Notes under the pieces: model-generated
Seen by the model: only the letters and a program-made list of their open reading frames with translations
Databases searched by the model: none
What the model was told of the DNA's origin: nothing
Program-made: the position numbers and the translations under genes
NCBI GenBank assembly: GCA_973895155.1
Contig: OZ316891.1
Coordinates: forward strand, 19,245,048-19,309,047
Length of the DNA stretch: 64,000 nucleotides
Reading direction: 5' to 3'
Origin: Marsupella aquatica
Taxonomy: Eukaryota > Plantae > Marchantiophyta
Part shown: positions 39,874-53,454 of the stretch, in pieces
How the letters are laid out: each line of letters begins with the position of its first letter
Position numbering within the stretch: the first letter of the stretch is position 1

Positions 39874-42800
39874 AATATACACATACTTTATACAGAAAAA
39901 GGCCAAATAGAGTACAAAAGAATAAACAAGAGAGGTCCCAAGTGGACAAAACCAAACGCAAAAGAAGTGAGCAAAAGGAAACCCTAAAAACCAAGAAAGA
40001 GGAACTAAAAGAAGTGAGCAAAAGCAAACCCCTAAAAACCAAGAAAGAGGAACTAAAACTACTGCAAATGGACCGAGGTCCTCATCATACCTAGCAAATG
40101 TGGCAACAAGCTAGTGGTCTACATCAAGTGTCGAAACTAGATCGGCAAGTGGGACAGGAATGTCCTCCAGGGGGGCTAGCCGCTGCAGAGTCACACTAGC
40201 ACCCACTGTCAGAGATCGACGATAGACGGCCCGAGCTTGAGCATGCTGTAAGGTGACTGAAATGCGTTGGCGAAAGTGCGTGGTCAAAACAGATAGAGGG
40301 GGCCCGGTGGGACCCATCTGGCCGTGAACATCCCGAGCAGCTTGGCGAAGAAGCCCGTCAAACTGATGATGGAGACGCCCAAATATCTCAAGAGCAAGGG
40401 GCAGGAAGCTATCAGATGAAGCTCGTGCAGCATATTTGGCCTCCTTCATTGTTGCTGCTCGTGATGCTGCTGCCCCTACCGTTGTTGCCGCTGTCCCAAT
40501 GATGTCTTGGCGCAATGGGTTTGCCACCACTACATCTGCCAAAGTATGGTGACCGTCACGGACCATGGTAAGATCCACCCGTAACTGCTGTGATGGAGGA
40601 CCAGGTAACTCGAGCACCACCTCCCGCCGCGCGCAGACCAAAGAGCCAGAGAGAACCTGACCAGTCGCATCTCTCACAGCGTCGTGAACAAAAATGGTTT
40701 CGCCGCCCAAACTGCATCGAAGAAGATGGACACCTGTGGCATCACAAGGCTTCCCACAAGTGCAAGTAGGAGGTAAACCAGCAAGAAGTGGGTGGGGCAA
40801 GCCCATACGAAGACGCATGGCTGTCGCAAACTCCGTTGAAGACATCCGCAGGTGAGGAATGACTGGATTGGCCTGAAGCCAGCCTCCTGCGCCCTTCCCT
40901 TTGGAAGAAAGAATCCAAGCTCGGTCCGTGTCAGGTGCCTCGATGAGGATGCTGAAAAGGGTGAAAGCGTGCATACGCCCAGCAAGGTCTGCCTAAAGAC
41001 GGACGGGGTCAAAGGATAAAAACTCCTGGAATGAAGGTAATGCAGCTCGAACAGGATCGGGTAATGATGACCGCGCCGTGCGCAAATGAACCTGAAATGG
41101 GAGGGAACTCTCCTCGACCTCCATGAGAGATGAAAGTAAAAAAGGTCGATCCTCAGTAAGGAAACGATCAGCCAACAATGAGAAGGCGGCCGCCCACGCG
41201 CCCAAGAAGGCCAAAGGTGCAAGGCGCTCAGTGGAAGTAAGCCCAAAACCACCGTGAGAAATAGGAAGACTGAGTTGTCGATGAAGCCACGGAGATGAGA
41301 GTAAAGTACCTGGCCCTAAAAGAGAGGCCAAAGTCTCACAAATGGAGACATCAAACGCTCGGAGGTGTAGATAAACATCCTCGGTAGGGGGATGTGTCCG
41401 AGCCAAATAGGACGCACGAGGGTGGATGCATCTCAACAACAACCCAAATGTTGCCTGAGAGTCTGCTAACTTAGGGAGCATAGGAGTAGGGGCTAAGGCA
41501 GCCTGGAGAGCGTCAGCAATGAAAGATGAGCAAAATGAGGTGGTACCGACTGGGGAGCCAAAGACTTGAAGACCGTCGGCAGGACGTAAGAACCCAGGGG
41601 GAAGCGCAAGATCAGAGGGTAACCCAGCTGGACTCCATGCACGGCTCTTCACCGGCTGAACTCGTAAACCGAGGCCCAACAAATGGGTGGAAAGGGTGGC
41701 GAGGGCAGAAGTAACAGCAACAGGTGGACCAATGATGTGGGTGTCATCTGAAAGGGAGGGGAAGATACACTGGGGGTGGGCCGCGGAGGCTTCTCGTAAA
41801 GCAGTAAAATGGGCAATGACAAAAAGAGGCCCACCCAAAGGGTCACCCTGACGTGTACCTTGTGCAGAAGAAAGAGTGGTATACACTCCTGTAGAGGTGT
41901 GATGACTATAGAAGAGGGGGGCCTCAAACCCATAAAAACAACGGACAAAGGGGATAAGGGATTGGATGTCTGGATCCGCTGCCCTCAAAGCACGAAAAAT
42001 TGATGCCTGAGAAACCGTATTGAAAGCATTTGAGACATCAACCTGGAGGACAACCCAATCAGGGTGAAGGTCCAAGGTAGTACGAATACCCGCAATAACT
42101 GTCTCACAACCGCCAGGAACGCCCACTGCAAACTGATGTGGAGAGAGATGATCCGATAGTGCAGAGCGATACTGCGATGAAAGTGCGCGAGACACCAGAT
42201 GAAGAAAAACCTCTCCAATAGCTATGGGCCGAACACCCGGTGAAGACTTAGCCATGGCCAATAAACGAGAAGCACTCAAAAGCCGAGAGACGGGAGGAGG
42301 CAAACGGCCGGCAGCAATACACTGGCAAAAGGAGAAGAAAACTGGAAAACCAGACTGAGGATCCTCAGGGGGGAATAAATCACGAAAATGCTCAAAGACA
42401 TAGCCAGAGGGGCCACCGGCCGCGCAACGCGGAGCATGGAGGAAAGCATAGGTGAAGTGGTCCCTACTAAACTGAAGATCCTCCTCAGGCTCAAAATCCT
42501 CCATGAACAAAGGGAGCTGATCATAGAGCTGCGGATGGAGATCCTGAAGGGCCGTCAAGGTGACCTCGCCAGGGGGGGCTGGTGTGGTGGGAGAAAGGGC
42601 CTGGACCGCACGATGATATTCACCAGCCTGGGCCAAACGACAAGAGCGACGAAGGCGTCTGTGCTCTGGAGGATGAGAGTGGCGAGCTGGGTCAGACAAA
42701 GCACGGGTAGTAAAGGAACGGGCTCGAAGAAAGTACTCTTCCTGAAGCTGTTCCCAATCTCCCCGCAGAAAACGATGGATACGAGAGGCAGTCTCACGAT

Positions 42801-44340
42801 GACCCACGCGATCACCGTGACTAGGGAGGGTAAGAGTCCACTGTGGAAAAAGCATGAGTAAAGACCAATAGGAGACCTCGATAGGATGCGCCAAGATAAG
42901 TTGCATGAGTTGCAACAAGGATGACCGAACTAATGGGCGCAACGCTAGTGGGATGTGGTTATAAAGGCGAGGTCTAATGTACCCTGGATGGTAGGCTGGA
43001 AGGGGGTCTAGAGGCGAACCCAACTCCATGCCTGCTCGGAAGCCTCCAAGGAAGGAGGGGCAGAGCTAACTGGGTCAAGAGGGGGCTGGGGCTGGGATTG
43101 GGCTTGCTGGCGACGTTGGCACCGGCCCCGCCCATGGTGATGAGGAAGGGAGAGGCCAACCCAGCCACACTCAGGACAAGTATGCAGGGGACACTCGTCT
43201 GGGGAGGGAGCAGGGAATGACTGGACAGGAGGTGGGGGGGGAACCGACGTGGATGAAGAGGCCGGAGGGGGATGCTGGAGGGGTGGAGGGGGAATGGGAT
43301 GGGGAGAGGAGCCAGGGCAGTAGACTGGGGGGACTGGTAGAACATCGGGCATGGGGTCATCACGAAGATGAGAGATCCAATGAAGAAGAGCAAACACGAA
43401 GGCGACCACGAGGCGGGGGGGAGGAGGGGGGAGAACTGTGTGGGGGGGCTGGGCGCTTGCCCCGCGCCAACACTCTCAACGTAGACATGACAGGTCGCAA
43501 CCCGATAAAAGCAAAAGCGCATCAAGAAGCGACAAAAGGCCCAACCAAAACATGTGAAAAGAAAGGGAAGGCTATGGAGAGAGCCCACCGCGTCAAAATC
43601 CGAGAAGCGGCGCCACCGCTAGCCTAGAAAACCGTTGAGCACGTGCAGGCACAACCGGGAACAAAGCTGGAGCTCTCGTCGATGTGTCCGTTGAGGAGTC
43701 GATGCGAGTGAATATCTCTCCGCTGATTTGAGCGTGCTGCTACAGCTCCCAAAGATGGTGGAAGGCAAACTGGTCCACTAAACTTGGCAAAAACCACCTT
43801 GTCAGAACTGAAGAAGAAAGGCAACCACCAATCGGAGGAGAAACGTGGCAAGACAGGAATGCTCCAAAGCTGATCAAGGGAAACCGTCACCAAAAATGGA
43901 GGAGTAAATCAGAATCGTAATCGGAGCCGAAAATGGTTGATATGTCACCGAAAGGACCGCGGTAGGGATAGATGTTGCACTCCTGGACAGGAGCTGGCCA
44001 AATCACATGAGAATGCCGGATTCCGTGAACGAGGAACTGCTACAGGACCCTAAAGCTAATTGAAAGTGAGAACGGTGAAAATTGAAGAAAAAACGTGAGA
44101 GCTAATCAAAGTCCAATCGGGGCAATAGGAGACCAATTGGACCGCTCTTGGGATCAATCTGATGCTCCCGGAGAAGAGCTATACAAAGCACTTGAGAAAT
44201 CTGAAATCCGTGAAAGATTGACCGAGATATGACCGTCGAAAGGAAGACGAAAATTGCAGAAAAACGGCTGAAAAACAGCGAAAACGAATGTGACCATAAG
44301 TATGTCGATACGGCACCGTTTTGGACGTGTTTTATATCGA
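39874..44340 (-). mobile_element. CRE-like non-LTR retrotransposon, copy 2, near full length (5' boundary uncertain)
   Basis: Highly similar to copy 1 over ~2.47 kb including the 3' UTR. A strand-biased leader runs to a TATAAAA on the minus strand near 44335. The 5' end is inferred and no TSD was found. Confidence 0.75.
40111..43488 (-). pseudogene. RT-RLE polyprotein of copy 2, disrupted
   Basis: Pro-rich N-terminus with zinc-finger-like CPECG..HHHGRGRC, a frameshift near 43010, RT domain, premature TAG at 40995-40993 (CAG in copy 1), and RLE domain. Confidence 0.85.
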
Positions 44341-45030
44341 TTTGATGCGCCTCGGCAAGAGCAAGCTAATGCAACTGAGAAAATTGGATTCCGAGAAAAA
44401 CTGAGTGCGGGAGGGTAATCGAAGTGAGGCGAAAACTGTGCTACAGTCTGAACTCCATAGCCAGCAATCCATGACCAGTTTTTTTTTCTTTTGGATAGAT
44501 CCCGGTTTCACTCTTGGACGCAGATTAAAGGATTTTAATAAACATTCCGAAATTAGCAGTCTTGGATTGCCCATAAGCATTTCTGAAAATTAGCTCTCTC
44601 GCACAGGCCAGCTGACTCACGTTGCATACGACTTCACAGTTTACGGAGTAAGTTACGAGCAATAAATTCCGATCATGGGAAACATTTAAATCTCTCCCAT
44701 GTGCAGTAGGGCGCACGGGTTAGGAAGCCTCTGGGAGGCAGGACCCACATGGTGCAGTAACAGTTTTCCAGTCGAATAAAACGCAATGAATATACTACTT
44801 GCATGCTAACGTCAGGAACTCTACCGTCCATTGTACGCCCGTAAGGCATACTTTGTACGTACTACTCTGAACAAATCTGAGTCAGGTACAGTACGCTATA
44901 GTACACTACAGGACAGTAATGCAACCAATCTAACTACGGTAAGCTTTGAGACAGTATTGTGTGATGGCGATGATTGTGAAGGAAAGATATTATATTGTGC
45001 ACTGTAACACTGGTGTTAGTCTGTCGTGGT

Positions 45031-45170
45031 CTTTGTGTAACAGTGTTACAGTACCAGAAAAACCAGACGATGAGATATAGTGTAAGAATGTGGCCTTTGT
45101 GTAACAGTGTTACAGTACCAGACAAACCAGACGATAAGATATAGTGTAAGAATGTGCTCGTTTGTGTAAC
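45031..45170. repeat. ~64-bp tandem repeat (just over 2 units) with palindromic core TGTAACAGTGTTACA
   Basis: TTTGTGTAACAGTGTTACAGTACCAGA(A/C)AAACCAGACGAT(G/A)AGATATAGTGTAAGAATGTG is repeated. Confidence 0.75.
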
Positions 45171-46199
45171 AATGGTATTGGTGTGTCGTGGTACCGGAAG
45201 CTGAGACCAGATGGACTTTGTAGATAGCACACGGCCCCTCCTGGCTTGAGACCGGATGTGGACAAATGAGTGGGTAGATTTCTAAACGGTTTTTTATTTT
45301 ATGTTTCACCTAAGAAGATTTCTGAAGTGGAATGAACGAGTGGGGTCATCCATTTTCTAGACCTTTTTAATTTTTATGTTTCGCCCAAAACTAATTTTTG
45401 AAATGAAAACGGGAATGGACATACAGCATGTTCATCCTGGAACTGCCTCTTTTTTTGTTGTAGAGATATGTAATTAATTTATTTTATGATAAAAAAAGTA
45501 GGTACATCTAAGTATATGCAACCATAAGTACACATACAAAAGAAAATATAATAATATTATCATGGTTGTGTGTGTTATTCCATAAGTACACATACAAAAG
45601 AAAACATATTATGACCAAGAAAATACAAAGTTACTTAAGAGTTGTGCAAGTATAATACAAATTTTCAGTTGCTTCTAGGTAATGAGAGTAACTCAATTAG
45701 AACCATAATTTTTGTAAAATAAAACTTAGTACACCAAATGTGTACCTTGTTCAAGTTAATTTGTCTCACTTTCATGAGAAAAACCAGAATTCACTAAGGA
45801 GTATTCAAAATGAAAGATTAAACATCTATGAGGGGAGCCAAATACATTCAAAATATTTTAATTTCACAAAACTTAAAAGGGTTCCAATAGTAAATTCAAA
45901 ATCAACTTTATATAAATGATCGATTCACCTTGTTAAGACATATTAAAATCAAAATACTAGAGTCAAAATGTCAATAAGACAAAATTTGAAAGGTGGATTC
46001 ACCATATAGCAGCTTCATAAACACTTTTTAGATGGTGCCCTCATCGACGTAAGTGCAAAACCATGATAAGCATAACTGAAATCAATAACTTGGTCACATC
46101 ACTTTTTCCTCAAATGGGAATTTTGAAGTGGAAACTCCAATTAACACAAAGGTATGACATGACTCTCTCTTGTACATGCAAATCTTACTAAGTAATAAA

Positions 46200-47260
46200 G
46201 CGCAATTAGGGTAGTTTGCAGAGTAAAGTCTCTAGACCAATATTCTCAATAAGGACAAAACAGAATGGTAGAGTGGACAAAAACCCCCAAGTTTCACTCA
46301 ATAACTGAGTCCTGAGGTTTACTAAATCATAAGCCCATCACCATACCAAGTCTCCACAGACTAAGAGCTCTCTATCTCCCAATTGACTCTGTAAACATGA
46401 GCCTAATCATCACTCACGTACTAGTCCTGCTAGTGAATATAGCAATAGCACATTTAGCCTTAACCAAGCATCTGACTATAATTAAACTAACTGCAATTTC
46501 AAGTATCTTTAGAGCTAAGACTAAATGTCTACGATAACATGGTCCTTTCTCTCTCCTCTCCAACTCCTGAAATTTGGTCTCTAGTGCAAGCACAATGAAG
46601 TGCTCCTCCATTCATATGCTCTCCCCACTAGTCTAACCTCAGCAGCCCTTAACCATGGTTATTGATGCTCCGATTATTTTAACTGGATGCTAGAGTTAGG
46701 GACCAACCACAAAGACTTTAGTAAAAAATAGGAGCATGAGGCAAGGAAAATGGGGGTTTTTGACTAGAGAGCAGTGGGTCTACTTGGGGATGTTTATAAT
46801 CAGAGAGATGAGAAGGATTTTTGAAGGGTTTGTCTGCCAACTTAGGATCAGCCATTGGGCTGGCCCCAAGTTTTCTGTCCATCCTTTCCCCGACCCTTTC
46901 CTCCGGATTCACCTTACTCCTCTTCCGCGCCCCCCCCCCCCCCCCCCCCCCCAAACACACACACACACACAAACCTGTCTCCCCACCATCTTCCATGTAA
47001 AGGCATTTGACAAGGTTCTTTATTGACAAATCATTAAGCTTGGATGTTGTTTATTCTCTTAAATTTATGGCTGAAATTATCATACTAGGTAAAATGGGTA
47101 TCTTGCCAATTATGTTACTATTCCCTGATCACAACTATGAAATGTTGCACTTGCTCCTGGATGGAGTTGTACTTGTCAATAAACATTGTGGTCAAGACCA
47201 AAAAACACAACGGGTGTTGCCAAAATGGGTTCCCAGAGTCGTCTTCAAAGCTTAAAGTAA
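46200..47260 (-). pseudogene. Possible highly degenerate L1-type LINE remnant
   Basis: Stop-riddled translation LISLIINIPK*THCSLVKNPHFPCLMLLFFTKVF..IIG resembles the L1 RT N-terminal LIPK..KNWRPISL..YKI region. Weak. Confidence 0.3.
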
Positions 47261-49163
47261 CACATTCACAATAGTATGTATTGAACCTAAAGTTTACTCA
47301 CTAGCAAAGTAGAACATGGATCTATTTGTCTAATTTGTGGGGGAAACTGTTAACAACCTACTCCGTCATGAAGCCATATGCCATAAATGCTCTCGTAACA
47401 TTTTTAACATATTCAGACTATGTTTGAGTGGGCAAGGGCATGTAAGTCAGGAGACTGCCCTTCCTGTGCATACTCATGGGTACGCAGGCTGATATGCACT
47501 AATTTGCATGGTCTCCAACCATTTTACTTTCCCTTGCAATAAATACAGTAAAAACTTTTTCTTCTTTTCCTTGCTGAAGGAAAACTTCATTGAGCTTCAT
47601 GCTCTTAGTGATTTGAGCATAGGAGAAGAACGCTCCCTATAGATCTAGATCAATTCTGTAAGTAGATTTTCATCTACCTTCACTAAAATCAGTAAACATG
47701 CAAATCTCATACAGTAGGTCTTCAAGTGTATGAAGGTCCTCTTACCAGAGCGTTATGGACAACAACAGCCCCTCAAAACTTGAACTTAAGTTTTCATTTT
47801 TTTCCGCATGATATCATATACTGCCCTTTAACATGCCCTTTAACGCTACTTTACTCTCTATACATATCAGCTAAAAGGGCTGTCCAAAAGAAATGGGTAG
47901 ATTTTTTCTTTTGCTTTTGGTGCCTCCTTCAGTCAACTCCAGGGAGCATATAGAGAGGTGACCTAAAGTTCTTGTCATAAAAGTTCAGACATTTCTTGCA
48001 TATTTTCAGTCGTTGGGGAAGAAAGTGGCATGGAAGTCTCGAAAGAATGGAGTCTCCCCAACTGGACACCAGGAAATCCAATAACCATACACATAAGAGC
48101 ATCATTTGGGACAAAAGTGGAACTTGAGATGAGATCTTCAGCTACCATTTGCCAGATACATCTCAGTTCATGTCATTCATAAATTACTACCAACACCAAA
48201 ACCTAATTGAAATCTTCAGCTACCCTTCATTTGTCAGATACATTCCAGGTCATTCATAAATGACTACCAGCACCAAAACCCAGGAATCTCCTGGCTCTCT
48301 CAGGGCTGATCCCCGCTCTCCCCTATACACCCATGGACCTTACCATCTGACAAAATTCCCGAATGGACCAGTGCAAATCCAAATGGACAGCAGAAAACAC
48401 ATTTGTACTCAGATAGCATGTTTTCTAGTGAGCAGTAATGGATTGCAAGGTTCATGAGGGTGGACTATCTAGCCGTACTTTCCTGCATTCTGGCTCTTTT
48501 TATGGTATTCAATGAATTGAGGGAAAAAGGCACCCAGTACAATTTGACATGGGAAAGTGCTTATGCACCAGACTAAAATTCTAGACTACCCAGTTTCTAA
48601 TATAGCATGTAGCATCCTGGTTAGTTGTTTTGTCTTCTAGCATAATAAATGAAAATTTATTCTATCTCAATGTTTCAAATTTAAAAACATATTTAATTTA
48701 ATGGCTATATTTATTGTGGAAATGGTGCGGGTTGGCGGCTTCCTCGTCAGCTCTTAAACCACACCCGCCACTATAAAAACCTCATTCCATGTCTGACTAC
48801 TCACCATAAAAGGTGGAACACTAGCACCTTTGTGGAATACTTGCCAAAAAAAAGTTTTACAGTCAGCACCTTTTGTGGAGCTCAAAGTCCATCTTGAACC
48901 TATACTCTTTACAATGAGAGATATGGGTTACCTGTAGCCCTTTATAGGGGCAGGTAACCCGTATAATGGGAAGCAGAGGGGCTCAAGATGATTACCCGGA
49001 AATGAGCTGCCCTGGCATTAAGTTTATTTTGAAGTCCTTGGGAACTTGGCCTAATGGCAAGAACCCTGGCTAGCTTGGAAGAACTTTCCAGCTCAATTCC
49101 TGTCCATGTAGCATTCACAATATTTCAATTTGTACCATCATCCTGAAACAAAAAAACTACACT

Positions 49164-49529
49164 TGATTGGCCTTCCATAGACCCAGGTGGGTTAGCCTAA
49201 CCCACCATCCCTCCCCTCTGGTTGCGCACACCCTTGCATTGCCTGCGAGGGCCTGCAAACGCCCCGCAAGCTGCTTCCCAAGCCAGGCATCGTGAACCCC
49301 CATTTTTCTTTCAAAAATGTTGAGTAGGCTTGAAAGTCGAGTCCTTCACATTTGGAGTGACTTGCTGCTGTCATGGGGACAAACATCTATCTACACTTTG
49401 CTCAAATGATTGTTTAGGCACTTGGGAAGCAGCTCTCAGGGTGCTCGAGGGAATGTGAGGGTGCAGGTGACCAGAGCGGAGCAATGTGGGTTAGGCTAAC
49501 TTACCGGGAGGGTGATGGAGGGCCAATCA
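49164..49529. mobile_element. MITE-like element with ~120-bp degenerate terminal inverted repeats
   Basis: TGATTGGCC..GTTAGCCTAACCCAC..CTCTGGT..AGCTGCTTCCCAAG on the left is mirrored by CTTGGGAAGCAGCT..ACCAGAG..GTGGGTTAGGCTAAC..GGCCAATCA on the right. No TSD identified. Confidence 0.6.
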
Positions 49530-50189
49530 CATGCTACTGTGGGAAGGAATATGGGTTATGTACATCTGTATATATACTGTTTTGAGGTGTAGTATGGTAA
49601 GAAAATTGTTCTGGGGCAGGATTGTAATGAGGTCCAGTGTCGGGGTAACCTAGTAAAAGTTTATGGTTACATATATGAACAAAATATGCCAAACTGGGAG
49701 ACGGTCTCCCAAATGCAGGAGACCAAATATAGAGGATAAAACAATGGGCAAACCCAAGGAAGAACAATGAGCCAAATAAGTCTGATCAGATTCCAGATGG
49801 AGAATATCCAATGAAGGGGAGAAAAAACAAACCAGGAAGACCAAAGAGTCAAAGCTCGAGAGTCATACCAACCAAAGAACTAAAATCCCGTTGGGTAGCA
49901 AACTGAAAAGCCTTGTCAAGCTCTGACACATATGCATGGGAAGGTTCATTGAGAGAAATTTATCTAGAGGTTCTAAATCAACAACCTCTACAATACTAAC
50001 AATCACATCTGAGCCGTCGTAGATACAAGTACTAAAATAACGTGTACAGTACTAATGGTCCCAATATAGACCAATACTTTGTATTAAGGTGAACTTTATG
50101 TGGACGAGCACATGTGGCCATGTGGGGGGTGGGGAGCCCGGTTTGACCTTGCCCGTCAAACTGGGCGTTTGAGAGCGGCAAATTGACAA

Positions 50190-50740
50190 CCCGGCACCCG
50201 GGTTCGGAAGCAGTCCGGGAAAGGAAACGTCCGGTTCGGGGTTCGGGTTCGGGAGGAGGTTCGGGAGGAGGTTCGGGTGGGGGTCCGGGTGACTAATCGG
50301 GTCCGGGTCCGGGGCGGAGGCGCTCGGTGGGGGCTCGGGGTGGGGTCCGGGTGGGGTTCGGGTCCGCTCGGTGGGGGTTCGGGGTGGGGTCCGGGTGCGG
50401 CTCGGGTCCGGGAGGAGGAGGTGCGGGGGGTTCGGGTGGGGTTCCGGGTGGGGTTCGGGTCCGGGTCCGAGGGGTTCGGGTTTGGGAGGTACGGGGGGTT
50501 CGGGTGGGGTCCGGGCCCGGGGCGGAGGCGCTCGGTGGGGGTTCGGGGTGGGGTCCGGGTGGGGTTCGGGTCCGGGAGGCCGGGGTGGGTCCGGGTGGGG
50601 ATCAGGGTTCGGGGTCCGGTTCGGGGTTCGGGGTCCGGTTCGGGGTTTGGAAGTTCGGGGTTCGGGATTGAGGCTCGAAGAATTAGGGTTTCGCGATTTA
50701 GGGTTGGAGGATGGGGCCGGCCGGGAAAGGGTCGGGGGCT
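50190..50740 (+). repeat. Left subterminal array of GGGTTCGGG/GGGTCCGGG motifs
   Basis: Dense G-rich short-motif repeats next to the left TIR. Confidence 0.85.
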
Positions 50741-50799
50741 CGGGAGAGGATAAAAGGAGGAGATCCGTCCTCTCCCTCCTCATTTTCGGTTTTGCAGAA

Positions 50800-50918
50800 A
50801 GGAGGAGAGGAGGAGAGGAGGAAGAGGAGGAGGAGAGGAGAGGAGAGGAGAGGAGAGGAGGAGGAGGAGGAGGAGGAGGAGAGGAGGAGGAGGAGGAAGA
50901 GAAGAGGAGGAGGAGGAG
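50800..50918 (+). repeat. (GAG)n purine-rich microsatellite ending at a putative splice donor
   Basis: GAG/GGA repeats followed by AG|GTAAGT at 50919. Candidate acceptor TTTTCAG at 51520. Confidence 0.7.
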
Positions 50919-51611
50919 GTAAGTGTTTGGTTTTGGTTTTTATTTTTGATTTTTGGTTTGTTTTTATTTGTTTGTGTTTTGTTTTGTGATTTTTTAAGTT
51001 TTTTTTGTGTTTTAAACCTTAACCTTAGAGCCAAATGGAGGGATATAAAGAAACACTTGTACGCGCACGCTTAGAGCCTCGGTTCGGTTTGCGATACTCC
51101 GTACAAGAATTTCTTAATATCACCTTAACAATTTAGTCTCCTTTGTTCATTAAGTAAAACATTTGTAGAGATAGAGGAATCCATGTACGCATGCTTAGAG
51201 TTTCGGCTCGGTCTGCGATACTTTGCATGGATACCACGATTCGCCGAGAATGTTTTTACTTGAAATACAAATGAGTGTTAAGTTATAGACACCAAATCAC
51301 ATATGTCGAAGCAGGAATATAACAACTTTGAAAGAAAAGAACACTTTTGTGCGCATGCTTTGAGCGTCCACTCGGTCTGCGATATTTCACAAGTGTTGTC
51401 TTTCTCTTTTATTGTTGTTATATAGAAAGGTAATTAAAATCATGTGTGCAATAAAAATACATAATGCATGGGAGAAATAAACCGGGAAAAGATAATAACA
51501 ATACGACTTGTAATTTTCAGGTTGGTCGTTGAATCCTTATTGGAAGGATTTTATTTAAATCCCGGTAAGATCTTGTTCCTCCCTCACATATTCCTTTTGT
51601 GAAGGGAAAAC

Positions 51612-53267
51612 ATGGTCATCAAAAATTTTAGTTTAGAGTATAGGCAAGTGTTGGAGATGATCACAAAACATGTGAATGAGGGATATGAGCCGAATCTTGT
51701 TGCTCTAGATGCATTGAAGAACGCTCGAAACACTCTCGAACATGCTAGGAATTCTAGCAAAGTGGCCGGGAAACGAAAACGGAAGGGGGCAAACGAAGAG
51801 GCAAAATAAGTTCGACACAATGTGGTAGTGTCGATATGGAAAGAGATACTTTATCGCTACACTCAACCGAAACAGTATGGGGTGGACGGGTTCGAGAGGG
51901 AGTTCACAAGACACGGAGAGAAAGGATACAAGAACTTTCTTGGTGAGATAACCCGTTGTATGCGGGAAAGTGTACAAAAGGAGGACAATTTCACACGAGA
52001 GCAAATGAAGTCATTTGAAGATGAAACTGAGAAACCGGGAGGATTTCTGGAAAATTTGGCACTCAACTTGGAGAAGCATGTTTGGGATAATTTGGCAGCC
52101 AAAGTGGAAGAGGGTGACACTACATTGCTTGGAAACCCCAGGATGTACACACACAAGAGAGAATTGCTAGTGAAGTGGAGTAAGGAGTTGGCAATGGCAA
52201 AATCTGATAGCAATGTCAAATATGCTAACGAGATTGTGCACTTTGGGGATGTCAGCATCAAAAGTGCTCGAAAAGGAACACGTCCATCGCGTGTAGTTCC
52301 AGAGGTTAGGAGTATCCATTTTCTTAAACCTGAGCAGGTGCACAACACACGTCGCATTGGGAAAGGAATCCAAGGAGAGGTATACACTTGTCGTATATTA
52401 CATTGTCCTCTCATTCCCGTCAACGTGACCTTAGTCGCAAAGCGGTTCAAGGATGGAGACAAGCATAAGAGACGAACTGACGCATTACAAGAAGTGCTTA
52501 TGGGAGGACTGAATCATAAGGGAATCGTTGGAGCTCTTGCGTTGACTATTGAGGATCCGCCAAAACTTATTTACGATCACTATAATGGAGGTGACTTGGG
52601 TAGCTTTATTGATAAGTGCGGCATATCGTCAAAGAGCAAGGGGAAGGCACAGATCACGACGGACCTTGATTTCAAGTTTATTTCGGAGAAGAAACTCTTG
52701 TTGGAGAACCGGTTGGGAATCGCCTTGGCTTTGCTGGAGACACTGCAATACTTGCATGAGCATGATCGATTTCATTGTGATCTTCACTTTGGAAATATCC
52801 TTCTTTATTTCGATCACGAGCACGATGTGGCTATTAAGGTGTATGTTGGTTTATGTGATTTTGGCTTGTCTAAGCATAAATCACAGTGCAAATTACCAGC
52901 TAATCGGATGTGGCCCACAGCAACAGAAAAAGCAGCAACATACCAAAAACAATTTCCACAGTTGGCTCCGGAGCTTGTTCAACCTACCCCTGTCGAGTTT
53001 AGTGAAAGTACCGATATATATGCTTTGGGGAATATTTTTGAGACATTGTTGACAGAGAATTGGGATGGAATGTCTAAGGGTTCACGGTTTTTGGGGAGGG
53101 GTTGGAGTGCACAAGTGCATGGCCCCAAATTGGATATCATAATCCGTGAAATGATGGTCACGGATGCCAAGAAAAGAATGGATTGTGCTTTTTGGAGTTT
53201 GAAGATAGTTCGAACGTTTCCAGATTGCACATTGCATTTGCACAACAGTCCATATCTTAGAGATTAG
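51612..53267 (+). CDS. Intronless protein kinase (non-RD, TKL-like), with one in-frame TAA at 51807-51809 in the N-terminal extension
   Basis: IGKGIQGEVY, LVAKRF, QEV, HCDLHFGNILL, LCDFGLS, LAPEL, DIYALG. ORF 51612-51809 (ATG, KRKRK) is in frame with ORF 51822-53267. Confidence 0.88.
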
Positions 53268-53454
53268 AGATTAGGGTTTACACAATTTTGTAAAGGTCAC
53301 CTTAACGATTATATGTTTATTCATTGTATGTCAATTACAATGTTCTGCATTTTGTTGATAATATTCTATCAAACTTTGTCGTGAATGCCCAAAATTGTGC
53401 TAAATGTGTTTGTACATTGTCAAATATCGCAGACCTTTTGTACACATCGCAAAC

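Noticed and set aside
43741-43760. CTCCCAAAGATGG as a possible TSD partner of CTCCCCAAAGAGG at ~39861
   Set aside because: Imperfect short match that cannot be distinguished from chance.
50052-51034. Long Pro/Gly-rich ORFs at the left end of the hAT
   Set aside because: Artefacts of stop-poor GC-rich subterminal repeats and the (GAG)n tract.
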